Assembly (NCBI GenBank): GCA_017519885.1
Contig: JAFWRO010000014.1
Location: 38,086 to 102,085, forward strand
Length of the DNA stretch: 64,000 nucleotides
Source: Bacteroidales bacterium
GTDB lineage: Bacteria > Bacteroidota > Bacteroidia > Bacteroidales > UBA3663
Direction: 5' to 3'
This document shows, one piece after another, positions 6,977 through 16,588 of the stretch. A model generated the notes under the pieces. It had not been told where the DNA came from. It saw only the letters and a program-made list of their open reading frames with translations, and did not search any database. The translations under genes were made by a program, and so were the position numbers. Position 1 is the first letter of the stretch, and every line of letters starts with the position of its first letter.

Positions 6977-9900
6977 CTATCGAAGGATCTTCTGTCCATT
7001 CAGGATATAGAAGCCCGGCTTGGGTACCATTACCCTGCGGCCCTGCAGGTCATAGAGGACAGTCTCGGAAGCGTCCACACGAATGGTGCTGATGCCACCA
7101 GGTTCATTTTCGAAATTAACAGGAATCGAAAGGTCCGCAGCGCCTTCGAGCACAAGATAGGCATCACCTGCCGAAACGATATCAGAAGAGTTGGCCACAA
7201 AAGTACCATCCTGATAGATGTAGGCATCCTTGATTTCGGAAAGGTCGGTCTCGACAAGGGCTGCAACAAGCAGGTTGCCGGTAACGTCGGTCGCAGCTTC
7301 TGCATCGGTGGTCGGGAATATCAGGATCGACTGTCCTCCAACTAGCAATCCATTGCCTGCAGACAGCACACCTTGAACAGCCGAAGCAAGAATCTTGCCG
7401 GATTCGCTGTCATAACCCACCTTGTAGGCCGTAGTAGAAACCTCATCGGCCAATGCCTCGAAGTCATTATCAACAACGATGATTCCATCGAGGTCGATAT
7501 TCTTCGACGAAGAAAAGCCCTGGACACCAGCTTTGCCGAAAGCCTTGAAGAGACTAACGTTCGAGAACAATTTCCATCCATCAGCCACGCAATAGGAAGC
7601 CTCAGTGCCAACTGGGATGATGACCTGAACCTTGTCGCAATCCAAACCAGCAAAGGTACCCGAACTATTACCCGTGAGACAAGAAGGAGCCTTCCGGCGT
7701 TGCGGCACGATCATCGTAAGCTCTTCGCATCCATTGAAGCAGGCCGAGCCGAACCTCATTACGCTTTGAGGAAGGATAAGGCGAGTGATGGCTGTACCGG
7801 CGAAACTACCATCTCCGATGATGGTCAAGGAATCGGGCAGATTGTTCACCACTCCCTTCGCAGATGGATAGCAGTTCAAGGTCTTGCCTTCGCTCGAGAA
7901 CAACATACCATCGTGTGCCGAATATTTTTCATTTTTCTCGTCCACTTGAATATCGGCAAGACTTCTGCACCCTGCAAAGGCTCCAGGACCAATGCTCTTG
8001 ACTGGTGCAGGAATCGTGAGACTCGTCAGGCTCGAGCAATCCTCGAAGCAATATTCGCCTATTGCAGTGAGCTGAGCGGGCAATACGACGCTCAACAACT
8101 CTGTACAACCATAGAACGCATTCTTATCGAGAGCATTTACTACATATTTTCTGTTATTCGAAACAATGGTGTCGGGAATAACAATGTTGCCGACATATGC
8201 ATCGCGACCAGCCACGACCTTGGCTTCCTGCGTATCGGGAGTCAATTGGTAGCGAATGCCATCGACAGTCAAGTCACCGGCATCGATGCTGACGGTACAA
8301 CTGCCGAGGATGCACTTTCCATTGAGGTCGGAAGCAAAGCTGACAGTCCATGCTCCGCTGGCTGAGGGTCTGAAAGAGAACGACACTCGCAGACTGTCAT
8401 GTGCTGGAACAGAGTAGCCTTCGTATGAAGAATACCGCCCATTCGGCGACTTGCCCTCACCACGGTTGGAGAAGAGATAGATTGGCCCATAGTAATCCTG
8501 GTCGGTATCATTGCGGAAAGTGACCTTAAAGTCCTGCGACTGACCGACGAATAGACTACCCTCAAATGTATAGTTCTCGGTCTTCATCTTGTTCCAAACA
8601 GTGTTGAACTCCAGCGAACCATCCTCCCCTACCATCACATCGGCATAAGGATAGACATCATACATCCAGACGCTATCGCCATAAATGCGGTAAACAGGCA
8701 CCAGGCGATGAGCGCCTGCTTCGAGACCCGACACACGGAACTCCATATCTTCCTCGCCCCAATAACTTTGAATGGATTCCTTGCGTATGGTACTGGCAAC
8801 AGGAGAGGCTACACCATCGACCAGGTCGCCCAGTCCAAACTCGAAGGACTTGGTAGTTTCAAGGAGGTTATAGTATTCCAGAAGGACACCCCGATCGGTC
8901 ACGCCCACGATGGTAACCGAGAAGGATGGAACCTCAGTCTTGGTCTGAAATCCTGGCTTGAGGAAGATTACATCCTGGTCGAAACTGAAACCGTCGCTCG
9001 AACTGCTCGAGCCATAGCTGGTGTTGTTATAGGGATTGAGCACCGAGAGGAGGAAAAAGTTGTCGCTCTCTCCTCCCCATCCCCAGTTGATATGGAAATA
9101 GTGGTTGCTATCGTAGCCATCGACCACGAAACTATGTCCACCACCTGTTGACATACCATTGAAGATGACAGGATAGCCTGTGGCAAGTTGCTGGTAGATG
9201 GAGTCCTCGAAAGCCACTAGCGGATAGTTCTTGCGGTAGAGCTGGGTAGCCTGATAGTCGAAACAAGTGCTGATTCCAGGGGCCATATCCTGGCTAAACA
9301 CTCCCGAACCCATGAAGTCGTAATCCATCTTCATGCTTCGACCCACATAGCTCATCAGTTCAGCAACAGCCTGTCGCGACTCGCTGCTCGACGAGTAATT
9401 ATAGGAGTCTATCATGGCGTCCCAGTTGAGGGTAGTGCCTGCCGGAACGGCCTCCATATGGTAATGACGCGATGATGTGTAATAAGAAGGTATCTCGGCT
9501 ATGGTGGCAGCAGGCCATTTATGATAATACATGACCTGAGCTGTCGATGTGGCAGCACAACCTGTAGGACTTCCACCAGGGCAGAGGGCGTTGTAAGGCG
9601 TACCTTGGTCCCAATGGCTGCTCAGCAATGGCTCGATGGGATCGTAATCCTGTTCTTCAGCACGACGTGGTGCACGTTGAACCTCGGAGATTTTAGCATC
9701 GTCGAGGTATTGGATTTCGTCGGCGTAAGTTTGAAGAAACGACTTGAAATGCATCGGCAATTGCGACTCATCGAATGTTCCCTTATAGGCATAACCAAGA
9801 ATTTCGGCAGTGCGGTCATCACCCGACACAATCACATATCCCCGGTTCTGCGGAGCATTGAATACATAATAGTAAGCATTTTCATCGGCAACCTGTCCAC

Positions 9901-10066
9901 GGCGGGGTGCCTTGAAAGCCATCTCGGCATTTTCGGTTGTCATGCCCTTTTCAATCATGAACTGACGGGCAATCTCCTGAGCCTGTTGACGGGCAACAGG
10001 GGCAGCGCTGGCCAACACAGGAATCGCAACCAACAAAGTGGATAAAACAAGAGTCCTATTATACAT
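6977..10066 (-). CDS. C10 (streptopain-like) cysteine peptidase with propeptide, BspA-type LRRs and T9SS-like tail
   Basis: YVIVSGDDR propeptide, PTGCAATSTAQVMYYH, GGHSFVVDGY, HINWGWGG; AFYGCTELLSVVLP repeats; LYDLQGRRV...YILNGQKILR. Confidence 0.9.
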   Translation of the reverse strand: MYNRTLVLSTLLVAIPVLASAAPVARQQAQEIARQFMIEKGMTTENAEMAFKAPRRGQVADENAYYYVFNAPQNRGYVIVSGDDRTAEILGYAYKGTFDESQLPMHFKSFLQTYADEIQYLDDAKISEVQRAPRRAEEQDYDPIEPLLSSHWDQGTPYNALCPGGSPTGCAATSTAQVMYYHKWPAATIAEIPSYYTSSRHYHMEAVPAGTTLNWDAMIDSYNYSSSSESRQAVAELMSYVGRSMKMDYDFMGSGVFSQDMAPGISTCFDYQATQLYRKNYPLVAFEDSIYQQLATGYPVIFNGMSTGGGHSFVVDGYDSNHYFHINWGWGGESDNFFLLSVLNPYNNTSYGSSSSSDGFSFDQDVIFLKPGFQTKTEVPSFSVTIVGVTDRGVLLEYYNLLETTKSFEFGLGDLVDGVASPVASTIRKESIQSYWGEEDMEFRVSGLEAGAHRLVPVYRIYGDSVWMYDVYPYADVMVGEDGSLEFNTVWNKMKTENYTFEGSLFVGQSQDFKVTFRNDTDQDYYGPIYLFSNRGEGKSPNGRYSSYEGYSVPAHDSLRVSFSFRPSASGAWTVSFASDLNGKCILGSCTVSIDAGDLTVDGIRYQLTPDTQEAKVVAGRDAYVGNIVIPDTIVSNNRKYVVNALDKNAFYGCTELLSVVLPAQLTAIGEYCFEDCSSLTSLTIPAPVKSIGPGAFAGCRSLADIQVDEKNEKYSAHDGMLFSSEGKTLNCYPSAKGVVNNLPDSLTIIGDGSFAGTAITRLILPQSVMRFGSACFNGCEELTMIVPQRRKAPSCLTGNSSGTFAGLDCDKVQVIIPVGTEASYCVADGWKLFSNVSLFKAFGKAGVQGFSSSKNIDLDGIIVVDNDFEALADEVSTTAYKVGYDSESGKILASAVQGVLSAGNGLLVGGQSILIFPTTDAEAATDVTGNLLVAALVETDLSEIKDAYIYQDGTFVANSSDIVSAGDAYLVLEGAADLSIPVNFENEPGGISTIRVDASETVLYDLQGRRVMVPKPGFYILNGQKILR

Positions 10067-10214
10067 TTAAATATATATATTAAATAAAAACGGGCGCAAA
10101 AATACTGATAATTTCAACAAAATGCAAGTTTCGAGGGAAAAAATGATATAAAATAGCTGTATTTTTGTAATTATTATCCTCAAATGCTTTCATTTGTCCA
10201 CGAAAAAAGAGTTG

Positions 10215-11150
10215 TCATTCTTCATTTACTTCGAACAGTGGACCTACAAGTATATCTTCCAAAGGGACCTTGTTCCACGAAAATTCCGATACAAGTTCCT
10301 GTGCTGATACGGGTTCCGCATGGTCAATGATTCCTGCATAGAAGGCTAGTTTCCCAATCACCGCCTCAGGCAAATGTCCGGCCTTGCGTATCTCTCCCAA
10401 GTCAAGGCTCTTGTCGCGCTTGCAGAGACGTTGTCCGGCGAGGTTGCAAAGCAGTGGCAAATGACAGAAAGTGGGAGCCGCGAAGCCGAGCAGACGATAC
10501 AGGTAGATTTGTTGGGGTGCCGAGAGCAGCAGGTCTCGCCCTCGCACCACCTCAGTGATACCCATCAAGGCATCATCGACCACCACCGCCAACTGATAAG
10601 CCCACGCTCCATCAGCACGCCGCAAGACGAAATCACCGCAGTGACGGGCCAGATTGACCGATTGCTCGCCATAATGTGCATCGACGAAACTTATCTCTTC
10701 GTCAGGAACGATAATACGCGTAGCAGGTTTTCGGCCTGAAGGATGTGAATCGACGTTGAGCCATGCCTCTTCCTGCTGCTTCGGACGGCATGTACCTGCA
10801 TACACTATCCGACCATCCGACTCATGGGGTGCCTGCGTAGCCATGATGTCGGCGCGTGTGCAATAGCATGGATAGGTCAGGCCCTTTTGTCCTAATATAT
10901 TTAAATAATGTGTATAGAACTCCCCTCGTTCACTTTGAACATAGTATTCGTCCCATTCCAAACCCAACCACCGGAGATCGTCTTCGATCTGTCGGGCAAA
11001 TTCACGACGCGAACGTTGGGGATCCAAGTCTTCAATGCGCAGTACCCACGCACCGCCCTGACTCCTGACTGAAAGCCAGGAGAGCAGTGCCGAATAAACG
11101 TTGCCAAGATGCATTCTTCCCGTCGGAGAGGGGGCAAATCTTCCTTTCAT
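10215..11150 (-). CDS. gluQ: tRNA glutamyl-Q(34) synthetase
   Basis: GRFAPSPTGRMHLGN, LRIEDLDPQR, YPCYCTR, YQLAVVVDD, VVRGRDLL; about 311 aa with no anticodon domain. Confidence 0.9.
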   Translation of the reverse strand: MKGRFAPSPTGRMHLGNVYSALLSWLSVRSQGGAWVLRIEDLDPQRSRREFARQIEDDLRWLGLEWDEYYVQSERGEFYTHYLNILGQKGLTYPCYCTRADIMATQAPHESDGRIVYAGTCRPKQQEEAWLNVDSHPSGRKPATRIIVPDEEISFVDAHYGEQSVNLARHCGDFVLRRADGAWAYQLAVVVDDALMGITEVVRGRDLLLSAPQQIYLYRLLGFAAPTFCHLPLLCNLAGQRLCKRDKSLDLGEIRKAGHLPEAVIGKLAFYAGIIDHAEPVSAQELVSEFSWNKVPLEDILVGPLFEVNEE

Positions 11151-11257
11151 GGGCACAAAGATACTACTTTTTTTGTTCCATCGCACAATTTTATGCAATA
11201 AAATGCGGAAAACTACGTTTATTGGTTAGCGTTCATTTCGAAAAACGACAAAAGGAT

Positions 11258-12238
11258 ATGCAGAAAACATCACAAAGCACATATATTTGGCAAAAGACAA
11301 TGGGCAACTTGTGTGCCATCGTCATGCTCTTTTCTGCATCTGTCCTCTTTGCCCAACAAGACACCAACGAGAGTATGTATTGGGCTACTCCCACGCTTTA
11401 CAACCCTGCCACTGCGGGCAGCGACTCGGCGCTCCACATCACAGCGTTCGATCGTATGCAGTGGGTGGGCGTAAAGGATGCTCCACAAACGTTCTTCGTC
11501 TCAGCCGACCTTCCCATTATGCTTGGTCGAAAACGCACTGGCCTTGGGGCCACCATCCTAAACGATAAGGCTGGCCTCTTCACCACGACCTTTGTCAGTT
11601 TGCAGGCTAACTACAGTTTCAAACTATGGGGTGGACGATTTGCAGTGGGTCTTCAACCCGGTTTTGTCAACCAGACCTTTGCAGGTGGCGATGTCTATAT
11701 TCCCTCGGGCGAAGCCTGGGATGCTGCCGACGATGCCATCCCCACAGGCGACGTCTCGGGAATGACGTTCGACCCTTCGGCTGGTGTTTATTACGAACGA
11801 GGATGGTTTTACGGCGGTTTCAGCGGCCTGCACCTGATGGGGAGCGAGATAGAATTGGCCGATTACGCCTATTTTGAACTATCTCCAACGTTTTATTTTC
11901 ATGCGGGAGGCAATATTCCTTTAAAACATACGTTATTTATATTGCAACCTTCGCTACTGGTGAAATCCACTTTCCAATTCACGCAGTACGATTTCTCGCT
12001 CAGAACCACCTACAACGAGAAATTCTGGGGAGGTCTCTCCTACCGTCCGGGCGATGCCGTCGTGGTTATGGTAGGTGCCGACATCAACCACGTGCGTTTG
12101 GGATATGCCTACGACATCCCTATCTCGCAGATAGGCATTGCAGGTGGCGGTTCGCACGAGATACTGGCGACCTATACGATGCACATCGACCTCGACAAGG
12201 TAAAGTCAAGGGGAACGAAGTCAATCAGAATACTATAA
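11258..12238 (+). CDS. porP: PorP/SprF family T9SS outer-membrane protein
   Basis: YNPATAG, RMQWVG...APQT, LGYAYD, GSHEI; first gene of the porK-N run. Confidence 0.9.
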   Translation: MQKTSQSTYIWQKTMGNLCAIVMLFSASVLFAQQDTNESMYWATPTLYNPATAGSDSALHITAFDRMQWVGVKDAPQTFFVSADLPIMLGRKRTGLGATILNDKAGLFTTTFVSLQANYSFKLWGGRFAVGLQPGFVNQTFAGGDVYIPSGEAWDAADDAIPTGDVSGMTFDPSAGVYYERGWFYGGFSGLHLMGSEIELADYAYFELSPTFYFHAGGNIPLKHTLFILQPSLLVKSTFQFTQYDFSLRTTYNEKFWGGLSYRPGDAVVVMVGADINHVRLGYAYDIPISQIGIAGGGSHEILATYTMHIDLDKVKSRGTKSIRIL

Positions 12239-12292
12239 ATATATCGGCCTCTCAGGTCGGGCAACGTAACGCAAAACAATAAATACAAAGAT

Positions 12293-13813
12293 ATGAAAAG
12301 AATCTTTCTGGCAATCATCGTGGCCGTCATAGGCTGCACAATGCTGACCAGCTGCATGAAGTCGATGGGCGGACAGGGCGGCGAAGTCACGGGTGTGCGC
12401 GGACGTTCATGGAATGAACCACAGCCCTACGGCATGGTGCTCGTCAAGCGTGGTTCGATGGAAGTGGGCGCACAAAGTCAGGACTCGCTGTGGGGCGATC
12501 TTCTGGATGCCAAGGGCATTTCGGTCGATGCCTTCTGGATGGACGAGAAGGAAGTCTCGAATGCCATGTACCGCCAGTTTGTCCACTACGTGCGTGACTC
12601 CATCATCCGCGAACGCCTGGCAGACCCTGCCTACGGTGGAAATGAAGATTTCAAGATCGAGGAAGACAAGTACGGCGAGCCCGTCACTCCGCACCTCAAC
12701 TGGTCGAAGCCCATTCCCTGGCGCAAGCCCAATGAGGACGAACAACGCGCCATCGAGAGCGTCTACCGCACCGACCCCATCACAGGCAAGAAGATGCTCG
12801 ATGCGCATCAGATGAATTATCGCTACGAGGTTTTCGACTACAATTCCTTCGCTCAGCGCCGCTATCGTCTCAACCCCGAACTGCGTGACCTCAACACCGA
12901 TCATGCAGTTGACTACGATGCCGAGGTCATCATCTCGAAGGATACTGCCTTCATCGATGATGATGGCAACATCGTGCGTTCCACCATCGTCCGTCCGCTG
13001 TCGTCAGAATGGGACTTCCTCAACACCTACATCGTCAACATCTACCCCGACACTACCGTCTGGGTCAACGATTTTGCCAATGCATTCACCGACCAGTATG
13101 CACGCTACTATTTCTCGTCACCCATCTACGACGACTATCCCGTGGTGGGTGTAAGTTGGGAACAAGCCAATGCCTTCTGCCGCTGGCGCACCGATTTTCT
13201 AGTGGCAAGCCATGGTATGCGCGGCATTCAAGTTGAGCCCTATCGTTTGCCCACCGAGGCCGAATGGGAATATGCAGCACGTGCCGGCAACAACGACCAG
13301 ACCTTCTCGTGGAAGACCGACATTCCGCACACCGACAAGGGCTGCTACAACGGCAACTTCAAGCCAGGTAATGGCGACTACAGTCGCGACGGATACATCA
13401 TCACCTCGCCCGTCGGTGCCTATCCGAGCAATGATTTCGGTCTCTACGACATGTCGGGCAACGTGGCCGAATGGACTTCGACAGCCTGGACTGAGTCGGG
13501 CGTCCACAGTGCCAGCGACATCAACCCCGACTACCAGTACAACGCGGCAAAAGAAGACCCCTACCGCATGAAGCGTAAGGTGATTCGCGGAGGTTCGTGG
13601 AAAGATGCCGAGCATTACGTCCGTGGTGACGTCCGCTCGTGGGAATACCAGAACGAGCATCGTTCATTCATCGGATTCCGCTGCGTCCGCACCTATCTAG
13701 GCAACAACAAGGCCAACGTCAAGACCAGCAAGGCTAAAGCAGCGAAGCAACCCAAACAGAAGAAAGAACGTGGTGGCGGTGGCGGCGGAAGCCGCTCCGT
13801 TAGAAGAAGATAA
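12293..13813 (+). CDS. porK: T9SS lipoprotein PorK/GldK
   Basis: Lipobox LTSC, FGE-sulfatase motifs YPVVGVSWEQA, RLPTEAEWEYAAR, GLYDMSGNVAEW, IGFRCV. Confidence 0.93.
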   Translation: MKRIFLAIIVAVIGCTMLTSCMKSMGGQGGEVTGVRGRSWNEPQPYGMVLVKRGSMEVGAQSQDSLWGDLLDAKGISVDAFWMDEKEVSNAMYRQFVHYVRDSIIRERLADPAYGGNEDFKIEEDKYGEPVTPHLNWSKPIPWRKPNEDEQRAIESVYRTDPITGKKMLDAHQMNYRYEVFDYNSFAQRRYRLNPELRDLNTDHAVDYDAEVIISKDTAFIDDDGNIVRSTIVRPLSSEWDFLNTYIVNIYPDTTVWVNDFANAFTDQYARYYFSSPIYDDYPVVGVSWEQANAFCRWRTDFLVASHGMRGIQVEPYRLPTEAEWEYAARAGNNDQTFSWKTDIPHTDKGCYNGNFKPGNGDYSRDGYIITSPVGAYPSNDFGLYDMSGNVAEWTSTAWTESGVHSASDINPDYQYNAAKEDPYRMKRKVIRGGSWKDAEHYVRGDVRSWEYQNEHRSFIGFRCVRTYLGNNKANVKTSKAKAAKQPKQKKERGGGGGGSRSVRRR

Positions 13814-13826
13814 ACAATCAGCCAAC

Positions 13827-13880
13827 TATCTAGATTATCTAGAACATCTCAAGAATCTAGAATATCTGGAAAGTCTAGAA
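13827..13880. repeat. Degenerate 9-bp tandem repeat (tatctagaa-like x6)
   Basis: tatctagat tatctagaa catctcaag aatctagaa tatctggaa agtctagaa. Confidence 0.75.
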
Positions 13881-13903
13881 AAACCAAATAACATCAAAAC
13901 AAT

Positions 13904-14887
13904 ATGAACTTCCGTAATATCCTTCATATTCTTCAGGTCTTCAAAGGCGAGAAGGGACAGAAACGATTCAACTACCTCTACTCCATCGGTGCCTCCATCG
14001 TCATCCTTGGCGCACTCTTCAAGTTGACCCATGTTCCCGGCGCCGACCTTATGCTCATCATCGGTATGGGCACCGAAGCTGTCATCTTCTTCCTCTCTGC
14101 TTTCGACACGCCAGCACGCGACTATAAGTGGGAGAAGGTTTATCCCGAACTCGACATCCCCAACAAGGAGGAGGCGGCACGCAATCGCCTCGACCGCATG
14201 AAGGATGGTGGTCCCGAGCCACGTCGTCGTGGCACTGAAACCGGCACAGGCAATGTCGCCGGCAACGTTACCATCATCGGCGGTGGTATGCCGGCAGGCG
14301 GAACCATCGTCGTAGGAGGAGGTTCTCCTGCGACAGGCACTGCCGCAGCCGTAGGTGGGTCAGCACCTCTCGTTGCTTCGGGCAATGTGGGTGTAACTCC
14401 AGAACAGGCCGACCAGGTTACCGAAGCCACCGAGAAGTATGTGAAGCAGCTCAACGAAATCAGCACTGCTCTCAGCAAGCTGCAAGAGACCATGGCTGCC
14501 CTCGAGACCACGACAACCTACGCCGAGCAGATGGCTACGCTCAACCGCAACGTGCAAGGTCTCAACACCATCTACGAAATACAACTCAAGAGCGTCAGCG
14601 CACAACTCGGCACCATCGAGCAAGTCAACCAAGGCCTCAATAACATCCGAGCCCTCTACGAAAGCGGTCAGAATGATTCGTTCCGCATCCGTCAGGAGAC
14701 CGATCAGATGACCCGCAACCTGCAGCAGCTCAACGAGGTTTATGCACGTATGCTCCAGGCCATGACTGCTGGCTATGGTATGCAGATGCCTCAGCAGCCC
14801 ATCGGTCAGCCCAATATGGCCTTCAATCCCCAGCAAACCCTCTACGGCCAGCAGCCCCAGCAACCAGGGTTCAATCAACAGCGCTAG
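13904..14887 (+). CDS. porL: T9SS motor subunit PorL/GldL
   Basis: YSIGASIVILGALFKLTH...GMGTEAVIFFLSAFD...YKWEKVYPEL; LNTIYEIQL. Confidence 0.93.
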   Translation: MNFRNILHILQVFKGEKGQKRFNYLYSIGASIVILGALFKLTHVPGADLMLIIGMGTEAVIFFLSAFDTPARDYKWEKVYPELDIPNKEEAARNRLDRMKDGGPEPRRRGTETGTGNVAGNVTIIGGGMPAGGTIVVGGGSPATGTAAAVGGSAPLVASGNVGVTPEQADQVTEATEKYVKQLNEISTALSKLQETMAALETTTTYAEQMATLNRNVQGLNTIYEIQLKSVSAQLGTIEQVNQGLNNIRALYESGQNDSFRIRQETDQMTRNLQQLNEVYARMLQAMTAGYGMQMPQQPIGQPNMAFNPQQTLYGQQPQQPGFNQQR

Positions 14888-14900
14888 CCTCTCTGTCTCC

Positions 14901-14922
14901 GTGGCAGCTATCTTTGGCTGCC
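14901..14922 (+). repeat. REP-like palindrome copy
   Basis: gtGGCAGCtatctttGGCTGCC after porL. Confidence 0.7.
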
Positions 14923-14925
14923 CTC

Positions 14926-14961
14926 AAACCCTTCAAACCTTTCGAACCCTTCGAACCTCTC
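14926..14961. repeat. 9-bp tandem repeat (raacccttc-like x4)
   Basis: aaacccttc aaacctttc gaacccttc gaacctctc. Confidence 0.75.
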
Positions 14962-14975
14962 TTAACCCAAAATAA

Positions 14976-16529
14976 ATGAGTGCCAATAACAGCAGACTGT
15001 CGCCCCGTCAGAAGATGATCAACCTGATGTACATCGTCTTCCTGGCTATGGTGGCCATGAACGTATCAGGCGATGTCCTCGAAGGCTTCAAGCACGTCGA
15101 GGATGCCCTCGATGCCAGTAATGCCGGTGCGCAGTCACGCAATCAGAAACTATACCAGGAGTTTGACCTCGCTCGCGAGAAGAACCCCGAGAAGGTGTCA
15201 CGCTGGTACAACCACGCACAGGAAGTGCGTACGAGCGCCGAACAGTTGGTAGCCTTCATCGATTCGCTCAAACTCGAGATCGTGCGCTATGCCGATGGCA
15301 AGGACGGTGATCCCAATGACATCGAGAACCGAGAGAATCTCGAGGCTGTCAACCAGGTTATGCTCTCTCCCATCAAAGGCGAGGGCGCAATCCTGCGCAA
15401 GCGTCTTGAAGCCTACAAGGAACAACTCGTGGCATTTCTTCCCGAAGCTGATGCACGTGTGGTAGCCAACTACCTCAATACGTCAAAGACCGGCTCGACG
15501 TTCGCCACCTGGGAAGACCAGATGTTCGAAAATATCCCCGTCGCTGCTGCCGTCACCATTCTTGCCAAATTGCAGGGCGATGTCCGTAATGCCGAAGGAC
15601 AGGCAGTCGAAAGCCTTATGCAGAGCGTCGATCGTGGCGATGTGCGCGTCAATCAGGTGAGCGCCTTCGTGATCCCCAATTCGCGTAACGTGATGCGCGG
15701 TTCGGTCTATGAGGCACAAATTGTCATGGCTGCCGTCGATACTACCCAGACACCCACCATTTACATCGGCGACAAGGTCTACAATCCCGCCAAGCAGGGC
15801 TACTACAGCGTGACAGCCGGTCGCGAAGGCATCCAGACCCTTCAAGGCTACCTCGAAGTCGATAAGCCCGACGGCACTGTAGAGAAACTACCTTTCGAGT
15901 CAACCTATTTCGTCAGCGAACCCGTGGCCACCGTTTCGAACACGATGATGAACGTGATGTACGCCGGCATCGACAACCCGCTGTCAATTTCCGTGCCTGG
16001 CGTGGCTGCTGGTCAAGTCAGCGCATCAATGACCAACGGCACGCTCACCCGCACAGCTTCGGGTTGGGTGGCAAAGCCAAAGACCGTTGACCAGGATGCC
16101 GTCATCACCGTCACTGCCAACCAAAACGGCCGCACCATGACCGTGAGCCAGACATCCTTCCGCGTGCGTCGTCTCCCCGACCCCACACCTTATCTATTAT
16201 GTAAGGATGCAGCCGGCAACTCGGTTCGCTACAAGGGAGGCTCACCGATCTCCAAGCAGGCACTGCTGGCTGCCGGAGGCATACGTGCCGCTATCGACGA
16301 TGGTCTGCTCAACGTTGAATTCACCGTCAAATCGTTCCGCATTGACATCTTCGACTCGATGGGCAACGACATTCCCGAAGACAGCCAGACATCGGCCTAC
16401 TCCGATCGTCAGCGCACAGCCATTAGCCGTCTACAGCGTGGCAAGAAGTTCTTCATCACCCGCGTCAAGGCTGTTGGTCCCGATGGCATCGAACGTACCC
16501 TTTCACCTATCGAAGTCATCGTCAATTGA
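14976..16529 (+). CDS. porM: T9SS motor subunit PorM/GldM
   Basis: SPRQKMINLMYIVFLAMVAMNVS, MNVMYAGIDNPLSISVPG, FRVRRLPDP. Confidence 0.94.
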   Translation: MSANNSRLSPRQKMINLMYIVFLAMVAMNVSGDVLEGFKHVEDALDASNAGAQSRNQKLYQEFDLAREKNPEKVSRWYNHAQEVRTSAEQLVAFIDSLKLEIVRYADGKDGDPNDIENRENLEAVNQVMLSPIKGEGAILRKRLEAYKEQLVAFLPEADARVVANYLNTSKTGSTFATWEDQMFENIPVAAAVTILAKLQGDVRNAEGQAVESLMQSVDRGDVRVNQVSAFVIPNSRNVMRGSVYEAQIVMAAVDTTQTPTIYIGDKVYNPAKQGYYSVTAGREGIQTLQGYLEVDKPDGTVEKLPFESTYFVSEPVATVSNTMMNVMYAGIDNPLSISVPGVAAGQVSASMTNGTLTRTASGWVAKPKTVDQDAVITVTANQNGRTMTVSQTSFRVRRLPDPTPYLLCKDAAGNSVRYKGGSPISKQALLAAGGIRAAIDDGLLNVEFTVKSFRIDIFDSMGNDIPEDSQTSAYSDRQRTAISRLQRGKKFFITRVKAVGPDGIERTLSPIEVIVN

Positions 16530-16551
16530 TGGTCATTTCTCGACTAACACG

Positions 16552-16583
16552 AATTGTTAATTGTTAATTATTAATTGTTAATT
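16552..16583. repeat. 7-bp tandem repeat (AATTGTT/AATTATT)
   Basis: aattgtt aattgtt aattatt aattgtt aatt. Confidence 0.75.
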
Positions 16584-16588
16584 AATCA

